Shown here: piece by piece, positions 18,711 through 27,380 of the stretch
Position numbering within the stretch: position 1 is the stretch's first letter
How the letters are laid out: every line of letters begins with the position of its first letter
Assembly: GCA_039588295.1 (NCBI GenBank)
Contig: JBDHAB010000008.1
Location: forward strand, 24,289 to 88,288
From: Gemmatimonadota bacterium
GTDB taxonomy: Bacteria > Gemmatimonadota > Gemmatimonadetes > Gemmatimonadales > GWC2-71-9
Direction: 5' to 3'
DNA length: 64,000 bases
The notes under the pieces: model-generated
The model's input: the letters and a program-made list of their open reading frames with translations, nothing else
Told to the model about the DNA's origin: nothing
The model's database searches: none
Made by a program: the position numbers and the translations under genes

Positions 18711-19618
18711 GCCTTCTCCACGCGCAGCATCTTGTCGCCGACCAGCAACCGGAACCCCGGTTGGAGTTCTACGGTGCCGCGGAGGGACACTGCCACGCCG
18801 TTGCGGCTGCCGGCGTCGGCAATGACGAAGTCGGCGTCCTCGGACCGCACTTCGGCGTGCAACCCGCTCATCGACGGGTCGTACGCAAACGTGTAGTCGC
18901 CTTCCTCGCGGCCGAGACGGAGGTTCCGCCCCGGCGAAAGGTGGATCGAGTCGCGGACTGAGCTGTCTGCCCGGAGTTGGGAGAGACACGCGATGTCGGC
19001 GCTGGGAACGAGGCTCCCCATGCGTCGGGTCGCATCGCGCTCTGGCGGATTGGGACCTGGGTAGCCGAGCCGCCGATACTCGAGGATCTGGGAGCCGATC
19101 AGTATCCGGTCACCGTCGACGAGCCGATGCGGTTCGCTGATGAACAGCCACGTCCCATTGCGGCTGCCGAGATCGCGAGCCGTGATGCGGCTTTCACGTA
19201 CCGTGAGTTTGACGTGCAGCGGTGACATGAACACGTCGTCCGGAAATTCTAACTCCGCGCCCTCTCGTCCGACGGTCGTCTCCCCCTGTGGCAGCTCGAA
19301 CCGGCCGACGATGTTCGCTCCTTCGTCGAGCATCGCGAGGTGGTAGTCCGACGGAGCCTTTCCCGCCCTCACCGCCGATGCGCGAGGGGGCATCGACAGG
19401 TCCTGACCGCACGCCGGACAGTACCGTGTCCCCTCGGGTGATCCGGTACCGCACCGCGGGCAAGCTGGTCCCTGCAGTTGTGTGCGGATCCGTTTTCCGC
19501 AAGACGGGCAGAATGGGAGACCGGCCACGACCGTTGCGCCGCACGCCGGGCAGTTGGCCATCCCTGCTGAGGGCCGAGGACCGGTCGAGGAAGCGTCAGG
19601 AGGCTTGAACACGCCCAT
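18707..19618 (-). CDS. zinc-ribbon protein with two FHA domains
   Basis: CPACG..CPSCG and CPRCG..CPACG ribbons. Two FHA cores (TTVGREGAELEF...SPLHVKL...GSRNGTW and LRLGREEGDYTF...SGLHAEV...GSRNGV). Confidence 0.8.
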   Translation of the reverse strand: MGVFKPPDASSTGPRPSAGMANCPACGATVVAGLPFCPSCGKRIRTQLQGPACPRCGTGSPEGTRYCPACGQDLSMPPRASAVRAGKAPSDYHLAMLDEGANIVGRFELPQGETTVGREGAELEFPDDVFMSPLHVKLTVRESRITARDLGSRNGTWLFISEPHRLVDGDRILIGSQILEYRRLGYPGPNPPERDATRRMGSLVPSADIACLSQLRADSSVRDSIHLSPGRNLRLGREEGDYTFAYDPSMSGLHAEVRSEDADFVIADAGSRNGVAVSLRGTVELQPGFRLLVGDKMLRVEKA

Positions 19619-20111
19619 TATCGAACCTGCCTGCGGTGGCCTGGTCGGCGCCGGTGACCCCTCCCGGTGCGGCGGGAGCGGTCACGGGAGGCTGGTTGAC
19701 GGCCGCAGGGCCGTGGAGAGGCACGCCGGTCATGTTTCGGTGAGGTGTTGTGGTGGCAAGCCAATCTACATGTGCGAAAATGGCGGGTCAACTGTGACAA
19801 AGTGACGTACCTCGTTGAAATAACGTAGGTTCCGGCTTCGGGCGCGGGAGGTGTCGGCCCCCAAGCGAGGCGGGCCGGGCTACCGATTCGCTCCCGCGAC
19901 GCCGCCCACCGCGGGGCTGAACCGGAGGCCGTCAGGCCGCGCCCGCCCTGGTACATTCCGTACGTAGAAAGCCCTACGCCCACGCATCACATTGCGTGCC
20001 AGATGCCTCGTGATGCGGCCGGGGCGGTGCCGGCGAGCCAACGGGTCGGCCCGGCGCGTTCCTGGGGGTTCGGGGCCAGAACGGTGACCTGAGAATCGGG
20101 TATAACGAGGC

Positions 20112-22376
20112 GTGTTACGGACAACCCTCCTGGTGGCGCTAGCCTCGGTGGGTCTTGCGACCCGCGCGACGGCTCAGACACCGACCGAGCGTGATTCGAT
20201 TGAGCAATTCCGGGACGTGGTCCGCGGGATGCACGATAGCGTGGCGCTCCGCGACCTCGAATCGAGGATGATCGATCGGGCTCGGGTAGATCGGGACAAC
20301 GCCTTGCTCCATGTGCAACTCGGGTTTCTCGCCTATCGCCTTGGCGAAGTGACCGGCAACCAGCCGCACTACGACGCAGCAGGTTCTGAGTTCGAGTGGG
20401 CTGCGGAGCTGGAGCCAGAGTGGCCATATCCGTGGTACGGGTTGGGTCTGGCCGAGTTGGCCATGGGCGAGATGTCGATCATACCGCTCGAGAACATTCG
20501 CCAGATACTCGGGAAGGACTACCTGTCGAAGGCAACGGCGGCGTTTGCCCGGGCCACCGAAGTCGATCCGTCGTTCGCGAACGCCGTCGTGGATCTGGCG
20601 GATGCCGCGCTGCGCCAACGGATCCGTCCGCGACTGGATGTTGCCCTCGGTGCGGTGCGTCAGGCGGCTGTCACGGAGGCCGGCACCGTGCCTGCCGTGC
20701 AGCTCGCTCGTGGCCGGCTCGAGCGTGGGGTGGGCAGTGGTGATTCGGCGTTGGTCGCGTTCAGTCGGTACCTGGAGTTTGGTGGTGATTCGGGGATCGG
20801 ATACTTGGAGATTGCCCGGTCTCTCTATCACGTGGCGCGCGCGCGGGAGGCGGAAGCCACGTACTTCCGCGGCGCCGAACTGGCCGCGTCCGCCGAAGCG
20901 ACATCGCTCTACCGGAACGATGTGAGCTGGGCCGCGAGCCCCGAGGAACTCGCAGCCCTCGATGCGACCCAGCCCGAGGAGTGGCCCTCCTGGCTGCGTA
21001 GCTTCTGGAGCCGCCGCGACGTGCTGGACGTCCGTGCGCCCGGCGAGCGGCTGGCCGAACACTACCGGCGGTACTTCTACGCCCTGGAGCACTATCGTCT
21101 GGTCAGCCGACACCGGCGGTACGATGTGGTCAACCCCTATCGAACCGAGCAGCAGGTGTTCGACGATCGCGGCATCATCTACATGCGCCACGGGGAGCCC
21201 GACCGTCGGGCTGTGTTCAACGCTCCGGACGTGAGTCCCAATGAATCGTGGCTCTACGCGCGTCAGGATGGCGGGTTCATCTTCCATTTCGTCGCGGCCG
21301 ACGACGTGCAGGATTACAAGCTGGTTGAGAGTGTGGCGGACGTCTTGGGTCTGCGGGCGGCGCTCGAGCTGCAGGCCGGCGGGCAGCAAGGCCAGTTCGG
21401 AAATCCGGTGCTGTCGGCGGCATTCCAGGGACTGTTCGATTCGCGCGTGGCCCTCGACCCCGTCTACCAGCGGCTTGCCGCGGGGCAGGAGGCCGGTCGC
21501 GATCGGCTCCTCGCGGCGGAGCGCCGTGCCGGCGAATTGTCGATTGGCACCGGTACAATCACGGACAGCTATCCGCTCCGGTTCGACGAGTCACTGGGGG
21601 CCGTGGTGCAGAACTTCGTGGTCGGTGATGCCGCAGGTGCCGGAGGGCAGCTCCTGGTGGTATTTGCCGTGCCCGGGAGCGCGCTGGCCCCGGAGGCCTC
21701 CGTGGACGGCGTCAACTACCGACTGCACCTGCGCGCGCTGGCGGCGACCTCGGACGACAGTGCCGTGGCGTTCGTGGACACGACGCAGGTCGTCACCACC
21801 CAGCGGGCCTTTGGACCGGACGAGCAGGTGAGTGGCTTCCTCACGCTCCCGGTTCCGCCAGGCGATTACACGCTGCGGGTCGCGTTCGCAGAGCCGCGGC
21901 GTGAGGCCGGGCAGCTGCTCACCCAGGAGTCCGTCGCGGTCCCGGACTTCGCGGCAGACGAGCTGATTCTCAGTGACCTCATTGTCGGTCGGCTCGGCTC
22001 CGGTCTGGCCTGGACCACCGGCAGCGACACGGTCGATCTGAGTCCGGTCTGGCGGTTCACCCGCGCCGCTCCCCTGCGCGTGTATTACGAGCTGCATGGA
22101 CTCGAGCCTGATGCCGGGTACCGCAGCCGACTCGAGGTCGCCAAACAGGGTGGCGGGTCCATATTCGGCTGGCTCAAGCGCCTCTTCGGGGGTGGAGGCC
22201 CGCCGATCTCCCTCACGTTCGAGGGCGTGGCGTCTGGCACGACCACCCGCATTCTGCAAACCGTCGATATCAGCGACCTCGATCCAGGCCGGTACCGCCT
22301 CCGGGTCACGGTGGAGGATCTTACGGCAGGACAACAAGTTGAGCGTGAGGCGACCCTCGAGGTGGTGGGCACGTAA
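20112..22376 (+). CDS. secreted TPR-like / GWxTD-type domain protein
   Basis: GTG start with signal peptide LLVALASVGLATRATAQ. The central region SFWSRRD...EHYRRYFYALEHY...FDDRGIIYMRHGEPD...ESWLY...FIFHFV matches my memory of the GWxTD domain pattern (W-x-x-RD, TDRG-like, G-x-PD, W-x-Y, F-x-F). Confidence 0.6.
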   Translation: MLRTTLLVALASVGLATRATAQTPTERDSIEQFRDVVRGMHDSVALRDLESRMIDRARVDRDNALLHVQLGFLAYRLGEVTGNQPHYDAAGSEFEWAAELEPEWPYPWYGLGLAELAMGEMSIIPLENIRQILGKDYLSKATAAFARATEVDPSFANAVVDLADAALRQRIRPRLDVALGAVRQAAVTEAGTVPAVQLARGRLERGVGSGDSALVAFSRYLEFGGDSGIGYLEIARSLYHVARAREAEATYFRGAELAASAEATSLYRNDVSWAASPEELAALDATQPEEWPSWLRSFWSRRDVLDVRAPGERLAEHYRRYFYALEHYRLVSRHRRYDVVNPYRTEQQVFDDRGIIYMRHGEPDRRAVFNAPDVSPNESWLYARQDGGFIFHFVAADDVQDYKLVESVADVLGLRAALELQAGGQQGQFGNPVLSAAFQGLFDSRVALDPVYQRLAAGQEAGRDRLLAAERRAGELSIGTGTITDSYPLRFDESLGAVVQNFVVGDAAGAGGQLLVVFAVPGSALAPEASVDGVNYRLHLRALAATSDDSAVAFVDTTQVVTTQRAFGPDEQVSGFLTLPVPPGDYTLRVAFAEPRREAGQLLTQESVAVPDFAADELILSDLIVGRLGSGLAWTTGSDTVDLSPVWRFTRAAPLRVYYELHGLEPDAGYRSRLEVAKQGGGSIFGWLKRLFGGGGPPISLTFEGVASGTTTRILQTVDISDLDPGRYRLRVTVEDLTAGQQVEREATLEVVGT

Positions 22377-22432
22377 GTTGCCTCATTCGCAGTGGATCTG
22401 CACCCTAGAGCCGGTTGGACCGGGGGGTAGCG

Positions 22433-24385
22433 ATGTACTGTAGCCGCTGCGGCGCCGAAGTCAGTGACCAGGCGAAGTTCTGCCCATCCTGCGGCCTCGA
22501 TTTTTCCACGGTGACGCCGATCGCGCCGGAGGAAACCACCGAGGCGACGGAGATGGACGCCGTGCGCCAGGCCCTGGATGACGAGTGGGGCGTGGAGGTC
22601 GAGCTGGGACGTGGGGGGATGGCCATCGTCTTCAAGGCACGGGACAAGCATCTCGAACGCGACGTCGCCATCAAGGTCCTCCCGTTCTCCCTCGCATTCG
22701 ACAAGCAATTCGTCGAGCGGTTTCAACGCGAAGCTCGGACCGCGGCACGGCTCGAGCATCCGTACATCATCCCGATCTATCGAGTCGGAAAATCCGGCCA
22801 AGTGATCTACTTCGTGATGAAGTACCTCCGGGGCGGGTCGCTGTCGGAGCGGCTGGAACGCACGGGGAAGCTGCGCCCAGACGAGATTCGGCGGATGCTC
22901 ATCGAGACGAGCGGCGCGTTGGGTTACGCCCACCGGCACGGCATCGTCCATCGCGACATCAAGCCGGACAATATCATGTTCGACGAGATGGGCCACTCGA
23001 TCCTGACCGACTTCGGGATTGCGAAGGCGGCGTCGGGTACGCGGCTCACGGGGACCGGGATGTCCATCGGGACGCCTCATTACATGAGTCCGGAGCAGGC
23101 GCGTGCGCAGCAGCTGGACGGCCGCAGCGACCTCTACGCCCTCGGCGTGGTGGCCTACCAGTGTCTCACAGGGGAAGTGCCGTTCGACGGAGAAGACGCC
23201 TTCTCGATCGGCTACAAGCACATCATGGAGGAGATTCCGTCGCCGGCCCTGGCGACGCCGGAGGCGCGCGAGCTGTACGAGGTCATCCGGAAGATGATGG
23301 CGAAGGCGCCGGATGACCGGTTCCAGACTGCCGAGGAGATCGCGGGGTATCTGCAGAGCGGTGTCGCACCGGGGGAGGAGACGATCCGGACGTCCCCCGG
23401 TGAGGCGCCGAAGGCGGTCCTCAGTACGCCCACCCTCCCGGCGGAAACGCCGAAGCCGACGGGGCAAACGGGACCGCCCACCACACCCACGACCCCCATC
23501 CCGTTGTTCCAGGGGAGGCGCAGACGGAAGCAGCGGCGGGGCCTGGTGCTCACGGGCGTCTTGACGGCCCTGTTCCTTGGGGTCGGCGGAGCCGGGGGGT
23601 ACTGGTACTTCGTGCTTGGGGCCGAGTGGCCGCCCCCGCTCCTGGACGCGTGGCTGGCCGACTCGAATGCCGCGCTCCCGGGCGCAGACGACTCGTTGGA
23701 CGTGCTGGCTGCCGACTCGTTGCGGGCCGACTCGCTCAGTGATTCCCTGGCAATCGCGACGGCCGACTCAGCGGCGCCGGTTGACAGCGCCGTCGAGACA
23801 CCGCCGGCGACCCCGCTTCCGCCCACGGGCACGCTCGTACTGACCGGGGTGCCCCAACGCGCCCGTTGGTCCCTCGATGGGCAGCTCCAGACCGACACCG
23901 TGTTGGCACTCTTGCCCCGGACCTACACGATTCGGGTGTCGCGCACGAACTATGAGACGTTCGAGACGTCGGTACCGGTCGGCCGCGGGGAACGGGTGCG
24001 CGTGCCAGTGCCCGCATTGGTCAGGCTCCGACCGACGGAGCCGGCACCGCCCCCCGTCGCGGTTGACTACTGCAGTGAGCCCGGCGCGGATTACAACAAG
24101 GACGGGAGCTGCTTCGACACGGGGCCGCGCCCGAACGACCTGCCGTTGATTCCGCTGCCGGCGGGTGTGTCAGGTTCGCCGAGCGCCGTGCTCTGGGTTC
24201 AAGTGATGGCCAATGGACAGCCCGGCGTGGTGAAGCTATTCGACGACAGCCGCCGACCGCGTCTGTTCGAGATCGCGGCCATCACGTTTGCACGGCGCGA
24301 GATGACGTACACCGCGGCCACCAAGGCCGGGAGACGCGTGGACTCTTGGCTTCGGCTTCCGGTCCGAGGGCGCGCGCGACAGTAG
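22433..24385 (+). CDS. Ser/Thr protein kinase with N-terminal zinc ribbon, TM helix, PEGA-like and TonB-C-like domains
   Basis: MYCSRCGAEVSDQAKFCPSCG. Kinase motifs GRGGMAIVF, VAIKVL, HRDIKPDNIM, DFGIAK, SPEQ. TM helix LVLTGVLTALFLGVGGAGGYWYFV. PEGA-like LVLTGVPQRARWSLDG...YTIRVSRTNYETFETSV. C-terminal LWVQVMANGQPGVVKLFDDSR...AAITFARREMTYTAATKAGRRVDSW resembles TonB_C. Confidence 0.85.
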   Translation: MYCSRCGAEVSDQAKFCPSCGLDFSTVTPIAPEETTEATEMDAVRQALDDEWGVEVELGRGGMAIVFKARDKHLERDVAIKVLPFSLAFDKQFVERFQREARTAARLEHPYIIPIYRVGKSGQVIYFVMKYLRGGSLSERLERTGKLRPDEIRRMLIETSGALGYAHRHGIVHRDIKPDNIMFDEMGHSILTDFGIAKAASGTRLTGTGMSIGTPHYMSPEQARAQQLDGRSDLYALGVVAYQCLTGEVPFDGEDAFSIGYKHIMEEIPSPALATPEARELYEVIRKMMAKAPDDRFQTAEEIAGYLQSGVAPGEETIRTSPGEAPKAVLSTPTLPAETPKPTGQTGPPTTPTTPIPLFQGRRRRKQRRGLVLTGVLTALFLGVGGAGGYWYFVLGAEWPPPLLDAWLADSNAALPGADDSLDVLAADSLRADSLSDSLAIATADSAAPVDSAVETPPATPLPPTGTLVLTGVPQRARWSLDGQLQTDTVLALLPRTYTIRVSRTNYETFETSVPVGRGERVRVPVPALVRLRPTEPAPPPVAVDYCSEPGADYNKDGSCFDTGPRPNDLPLIPLPAGVSGSPSAVLWVQVMANGQPGVVKLFDDSRRPRLFEIAAITFARREMTYTAATKAGRRVDSWLRLPVRGRARQ

Positions 24386-24389
24386 CCTG

Positions 24390-24599
24390 GTGATCGGCCC
24401 CGCTGCGTTCCTCGCCCCAGGCGCGGTCGTGCTCAACGATGTGATCCTGGGGCGAGACGCATCGAGCTAGTCCAACACCGTTTTCCGCGGTTACATGGCG
24501 GCGATTGCGATTGGCGACGAGATCAACATCCGGTCGGGCTACAGTCGGGCTGACACCAGGTATGTGATGTGCAAAGCCGAGAGGCTCGGTAACTCGTAG
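24390..24599 (+). pseudogene. remnant of a hexapeptide-repeat (gamma-carbonic-anhydrase/PaaY-YrdA-like) gene with in-frame TAG
   Basis: One frame reads VIGPAAFLAPGAVVLNDVILGRDASS*SNTVFRGYMAAIAIGDEINIRSGYSRADT... It parallels the gamma-CA-family core (e.g. E. coli YrdA ...VVIGDVRLADDVGIWPLVVIRGDVHYVQIGARTNIQDGSMLH). The TAG at 24468 sits where Trp (TGG) is expected. Both protein termini are missing. Confidence 0.4.
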
Positions 24600-24760
24600 C
24601 CGTCTGTCGCTACTTGCGTGTGGTCGGGCCCGCGTCTACTTTGCGCCGCCACGCTGCATCGGCAACGGTACGACCCTTCGTTTCGGATTAGCTTTCATAA
24701 ACCGCTGCACATCGACACCTCGAGTCGGGGCAGGCAGGGTCATTGGGGGATGAATCGGAC

Positions 24761-27241
24761 ATGCAAGTGAAGCCACAGCTCAGTGACAACGCCGTAACCG
24801 TCCTCGAGCGGCGCTATCTCGTGAAAGACGAGAACGGGAAGCCGGTTGAGGGATCCGAGGAGCTGTTTGCCCGCGTGGCGCGCACGATTGCCGCCGCCGA
24901 TGCGCGGTACGGGGCGAGCCCCGGGGCCGTTGAGGCACTGGCCGATACGTTTTACGAGCTGATGGCCACACGGGTGTGGATGCCGAACAGCCCCACGCTG
25001 ATGAACGCCGGTCGCCCGCTGGGCCAACTCTCCGCCTGCTTCGTGCTGCCGGTCGACGACGCGCTCTCTACCGGTGAGAGCGGTATCTACGACACGCTGC
25101 GCAACATGGCGCTCGTGCATCAGTCGGGAGGGGGCACGGGCTTTTCGTTCTCCCAGTTGCGTCCGAAGAACGATGTGGTCCGATCGACCATGGGGGTCGC
25201 GTCGGGCCCGGTGTCGTTCATGTCGCTGTATGATGCCTCGACTGAGGTCGTCAAGCAGGGCGGTACGCGCCGCGGCGCCAACATGGGCATCCTGCGGGTC
25301 GATCATCCCGACATTCTGGACTTCATCAGCTGCAAGGACGACATCACCAAGATCACGAACTTCAACATCTCGGTTGCCGTCACCGATGCGTTCATGACCG
25401 CGGTGGAGCGGGGTGAGCCGTACGACCTGATCCACCCGCGCTCCGGCGAGGTGGTGGGCCAGCTCGAAGCGCGAGAGATCTTCGCGAAGGTTGTTCACGG
25501 CGCCTGGAAGACCGGTGAGCCCGGGGTGTACTTCATCGATCGCGCCAACTACTTCAATCCGGTTCCGCATCTGGGCAGCTACGAGGCAACGAATCCGTGC
25601 GGTGAGCAGCCGTTGCTGCCGTACGACGTCTGCAACCTGGGCTCGATCAACGTCGGGGCGTTCGTGCGAGATGGGTCCGTCGATTGGGAGGGGTTGCGGC
25701 GGGCCATCCATTTGTGCACGCATTTCCTCGACAACGTCATCGACGTCAACAAGTATCCCATTCCCGAGATCGCGGACCTGGCACAGCGCATTCGTCGCAT
25801 CGGCTTGGGTATCATGGGATGGGCGGACTTCCTGATTCGCTTGGGGGTTCCCTACAATTCCGACGAGGCGGTCGACTGGGCGCGTCGGCTCATGCGGTTC
25901 GTCGACGAGGAAGCCAAGGTCGAGAGCGAGCGGCTGGCTCGGGAGCGTGGCGTGTTCCCCGAGTGGGAACGGAGCATCTGGGGTCCGGATGCGACGTGCG
26001 CCCGCAACCTCGAGGGGGCGCGGGTGTGCTCCATGCGTCGCCTGCGGAACTGTAACCTGACGACCGTAGCCCCAACGGGAACGATCTCGATCATCGCGGC
26101 CTGCTCGTCGGGCATTGAGCCCCTCTTCGCCGTCGCGTTCATGCGGAATCAAGCCGGTGTCCTCATGCCCGACGTGAACGAGGATTTCGTTGCCATCGCG
26201 AGGCGGGAGGGATGGTACAGCGAGGAACTCATCACGCGGATCGCGGAGAGCGGCCACATCGACTTCCCGGAGATCCCGGAGCGGTGGCAGCGGGTCTTCG
26301 TCACGGCCCACGACGTCACGCCTGAATGGCACATCCGCATGCAAGCGGCGTTTCAGGAGTTCACCGACAGCGCGATCAGCAAGACGTGCAACTTCCCCAG
26401 TGATGCGACGGAAGAGCACGTGTGCGAGATCTACGAATTGGCGTACCGACTCGGCTGCAAGGGGGTCACGGTGTACCGTGATGGCAGTCGAGACATGCAG
26501 GTTCTATCCACGGGCAAAACGGCGAAGCAGGTACAGGCGCAGAGCGAGGCGGACGGAAGTGCCGAGGAACGGCCCGACCGCAAGACCGAGGTTGCGGAAT
26601 ACAAGTCCACGATTGCCGAGCTCGAGGCCGAGCTCGCTCGCACGAAGCAGCAGTTGCATGAAGTGGAGTCGGAGAACCTGCAGCGACGGGCGAAGCGTTC
26701 GCGTCCCGAGCTCCTGCGCGGTGCCACCCGCCGTCTCGAGACACCCTTGGGTACGCTGTACGTGACGATCACCGAAGACGATCGTGGGCAGCCGTTCGAG
26801 ATGTTCATGAGCCTGGGCAAGGCGGGCGGGGCGCTGATGGCTGATGTCGAGGCCATAGGACGGCTCATCTCGCTCGGCCTGCGATCCGGCATTCCGATCA
26901 AGGAGATTCATCGCCAGCTCCGCATGATCTCGTCGGATCGTGCGGTGGGACTCGGGCCGCACAAAGTGCTGTCCGTTCCCGACGCGGTCGGCATCGCGAT
27001 CGAACGCTGGATGCAAGACAAGCAGGGCGTGCAGCAAGATCTGCTCGAGCAGTCGATGGCGTCGGAGCAGACCTCACCGACGGCCCGGCGGACGACCCCG
27101 GGACCAGATGGCGTGTTGTTCGAGCAGCACCATCTGAACGCGGAGCAGCATGCCGGAGCCTGCCCCGACTGTGGTTCGCAGCTCGAGTTTGCCGAAGGGT
27201 GCATGAAGTGCCACGTGTGCGGCTTCAGTGAGTGTGGTTGA
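24761..27241 (+). CDS. nrdJ: adenosylcobalamin-dependent ribonucleoside-diphosphate/triphosphate reductase, class II
   Basis: VLERRYL, NSPTLMNAG, LSACFVL, GGGTGFSFS, NPCGEQPL (thiyl-radical Cys loop), TVAPTGT, KTCNFP, YRDGSR, C-terminal zinc finger CPDCGSQLEF..CMKCHVCG. ATG at 24761 preferred over TTG at 24743. Confidence 0.93.
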   Translation: MQVKPQLSDNAVTVLERRYLVKDENGKPVEGSEELFARVARTIAAADARYGASPGAVEALADTFYELMATRVWMPNSPTLMNAGRPLGQLSACFVLPVDDALSTGESGIYDTLRNMALVHQSGGGTGFSFSQLRPKNDVVRSTMGVASGPVSFMSLYDASTEVVKQGGTRRGANMGILRVDHPDILDFISCKDDITKITNFNISVAVTDAFMTAVERGEPYDLIHPRSGEVVGQLEAREIFAKVVHGAWKTGEPGVYFIDRANYFNPVPHLGSYEATNPCGEQPLLPYDVCNLGSINVGAFVRDGSVDWEGLRRAIHLCTHFLDNVIDVNKYPIPEIADLAQRIRRIGLGIMGWADFLIRLGVPYNSDEAVDWARRLMRFVDEEAKVESERLARERGVFPEWERSIWGPDATCARNLEGARVCSMRRLRNCNLTTVAPTGTISIIAACSSGIEPLFAVAFMRNQAGVLMPDVNEDFVAIARREGWYSEELITRIAESGHIDFPEIPERWQRVFVTAHDVTPEWHIRMQAAFQEFTDSAISKTCNFPSDATEEHVCEIYELAYRLGCKGVTVYRDGSRDMQVLSTGKTAKQVQAQSEADGSAEERPDRKTEVAEYKSTIAELEAELARTKQQLHEVESENLQRRAKRSRPELLRGATRRLETPLGTLYVTITEDDRGQPFEMFMSLGKAGGALMADVEAIGRLISLGLRSGIPIKEIHRQLRMISSDRAVGLGPHKVLSVPDAVGIAIERWMQDKQGVQQDLLEQSMASEQTSPTARRTTPGPDGVLFEQHHLNAEQHAGACPDCGSQLEFAEGCMKCHVCGFSECG

Positions 27242-27284
27242 GGTCCGACGACGATCGTACGGGAGGGGCCACCGCAGCTGTACC

Positions 27285-27312
27285 GAAGGGCACGCGTCAA
27301 CGCGTGCCCTTC
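27285..27312 (+). terminator. perfect 12-bp GC-rich hairpin downstream of nrdJ
   Basis: gaagggcacgcg-tcaa-cgcgtgcccttc lies 44 nt after the nrdJ stop. No strong U-tract follows (gtgcctc). Confidence 0.5.
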
Positions 27313-27380
27313 GTGCCTCAGTGGCCATTTCGGAACGTGCCGGGGTATGGCATATATTGGCTGGTGGAGGCGAGACGGTA

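Noticed and set aside
24600-24760. Cobalamin riboswitch or NrdR boxes upstream of nrdJ
   Set aside because: I could not find the B12-box or the palindromic NrdR-box pattern. Only a weak direct repeat is present (cgctgcatcggcaac at 24652, cgctgcacatcgacacc at 24703), which is not convincing.
24740-26419. 559-aa minus-strand ORF
   Set aside because: It is exactly antisense to nrdJ, whose motifs are unambiguous. The Arg/Pro/Gly-rich composition is typical of GC-rich shadow frames. The same reasoning applies to 463..1380, 20139..21389, 22085..23467, 33980..35230, 36233..37852, 40450..41520, 42255..43226 and 59885..62000 (+).
24761-27241. Intein in NrdJ (also considered for PriA and DnaX)
   Set aside because: The extra segment is a charged linker without Cys/Ser/Thr-...-His-Asn splice-junction blocks or endonuclease motifs. 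Overall protein lengths are ordinary.
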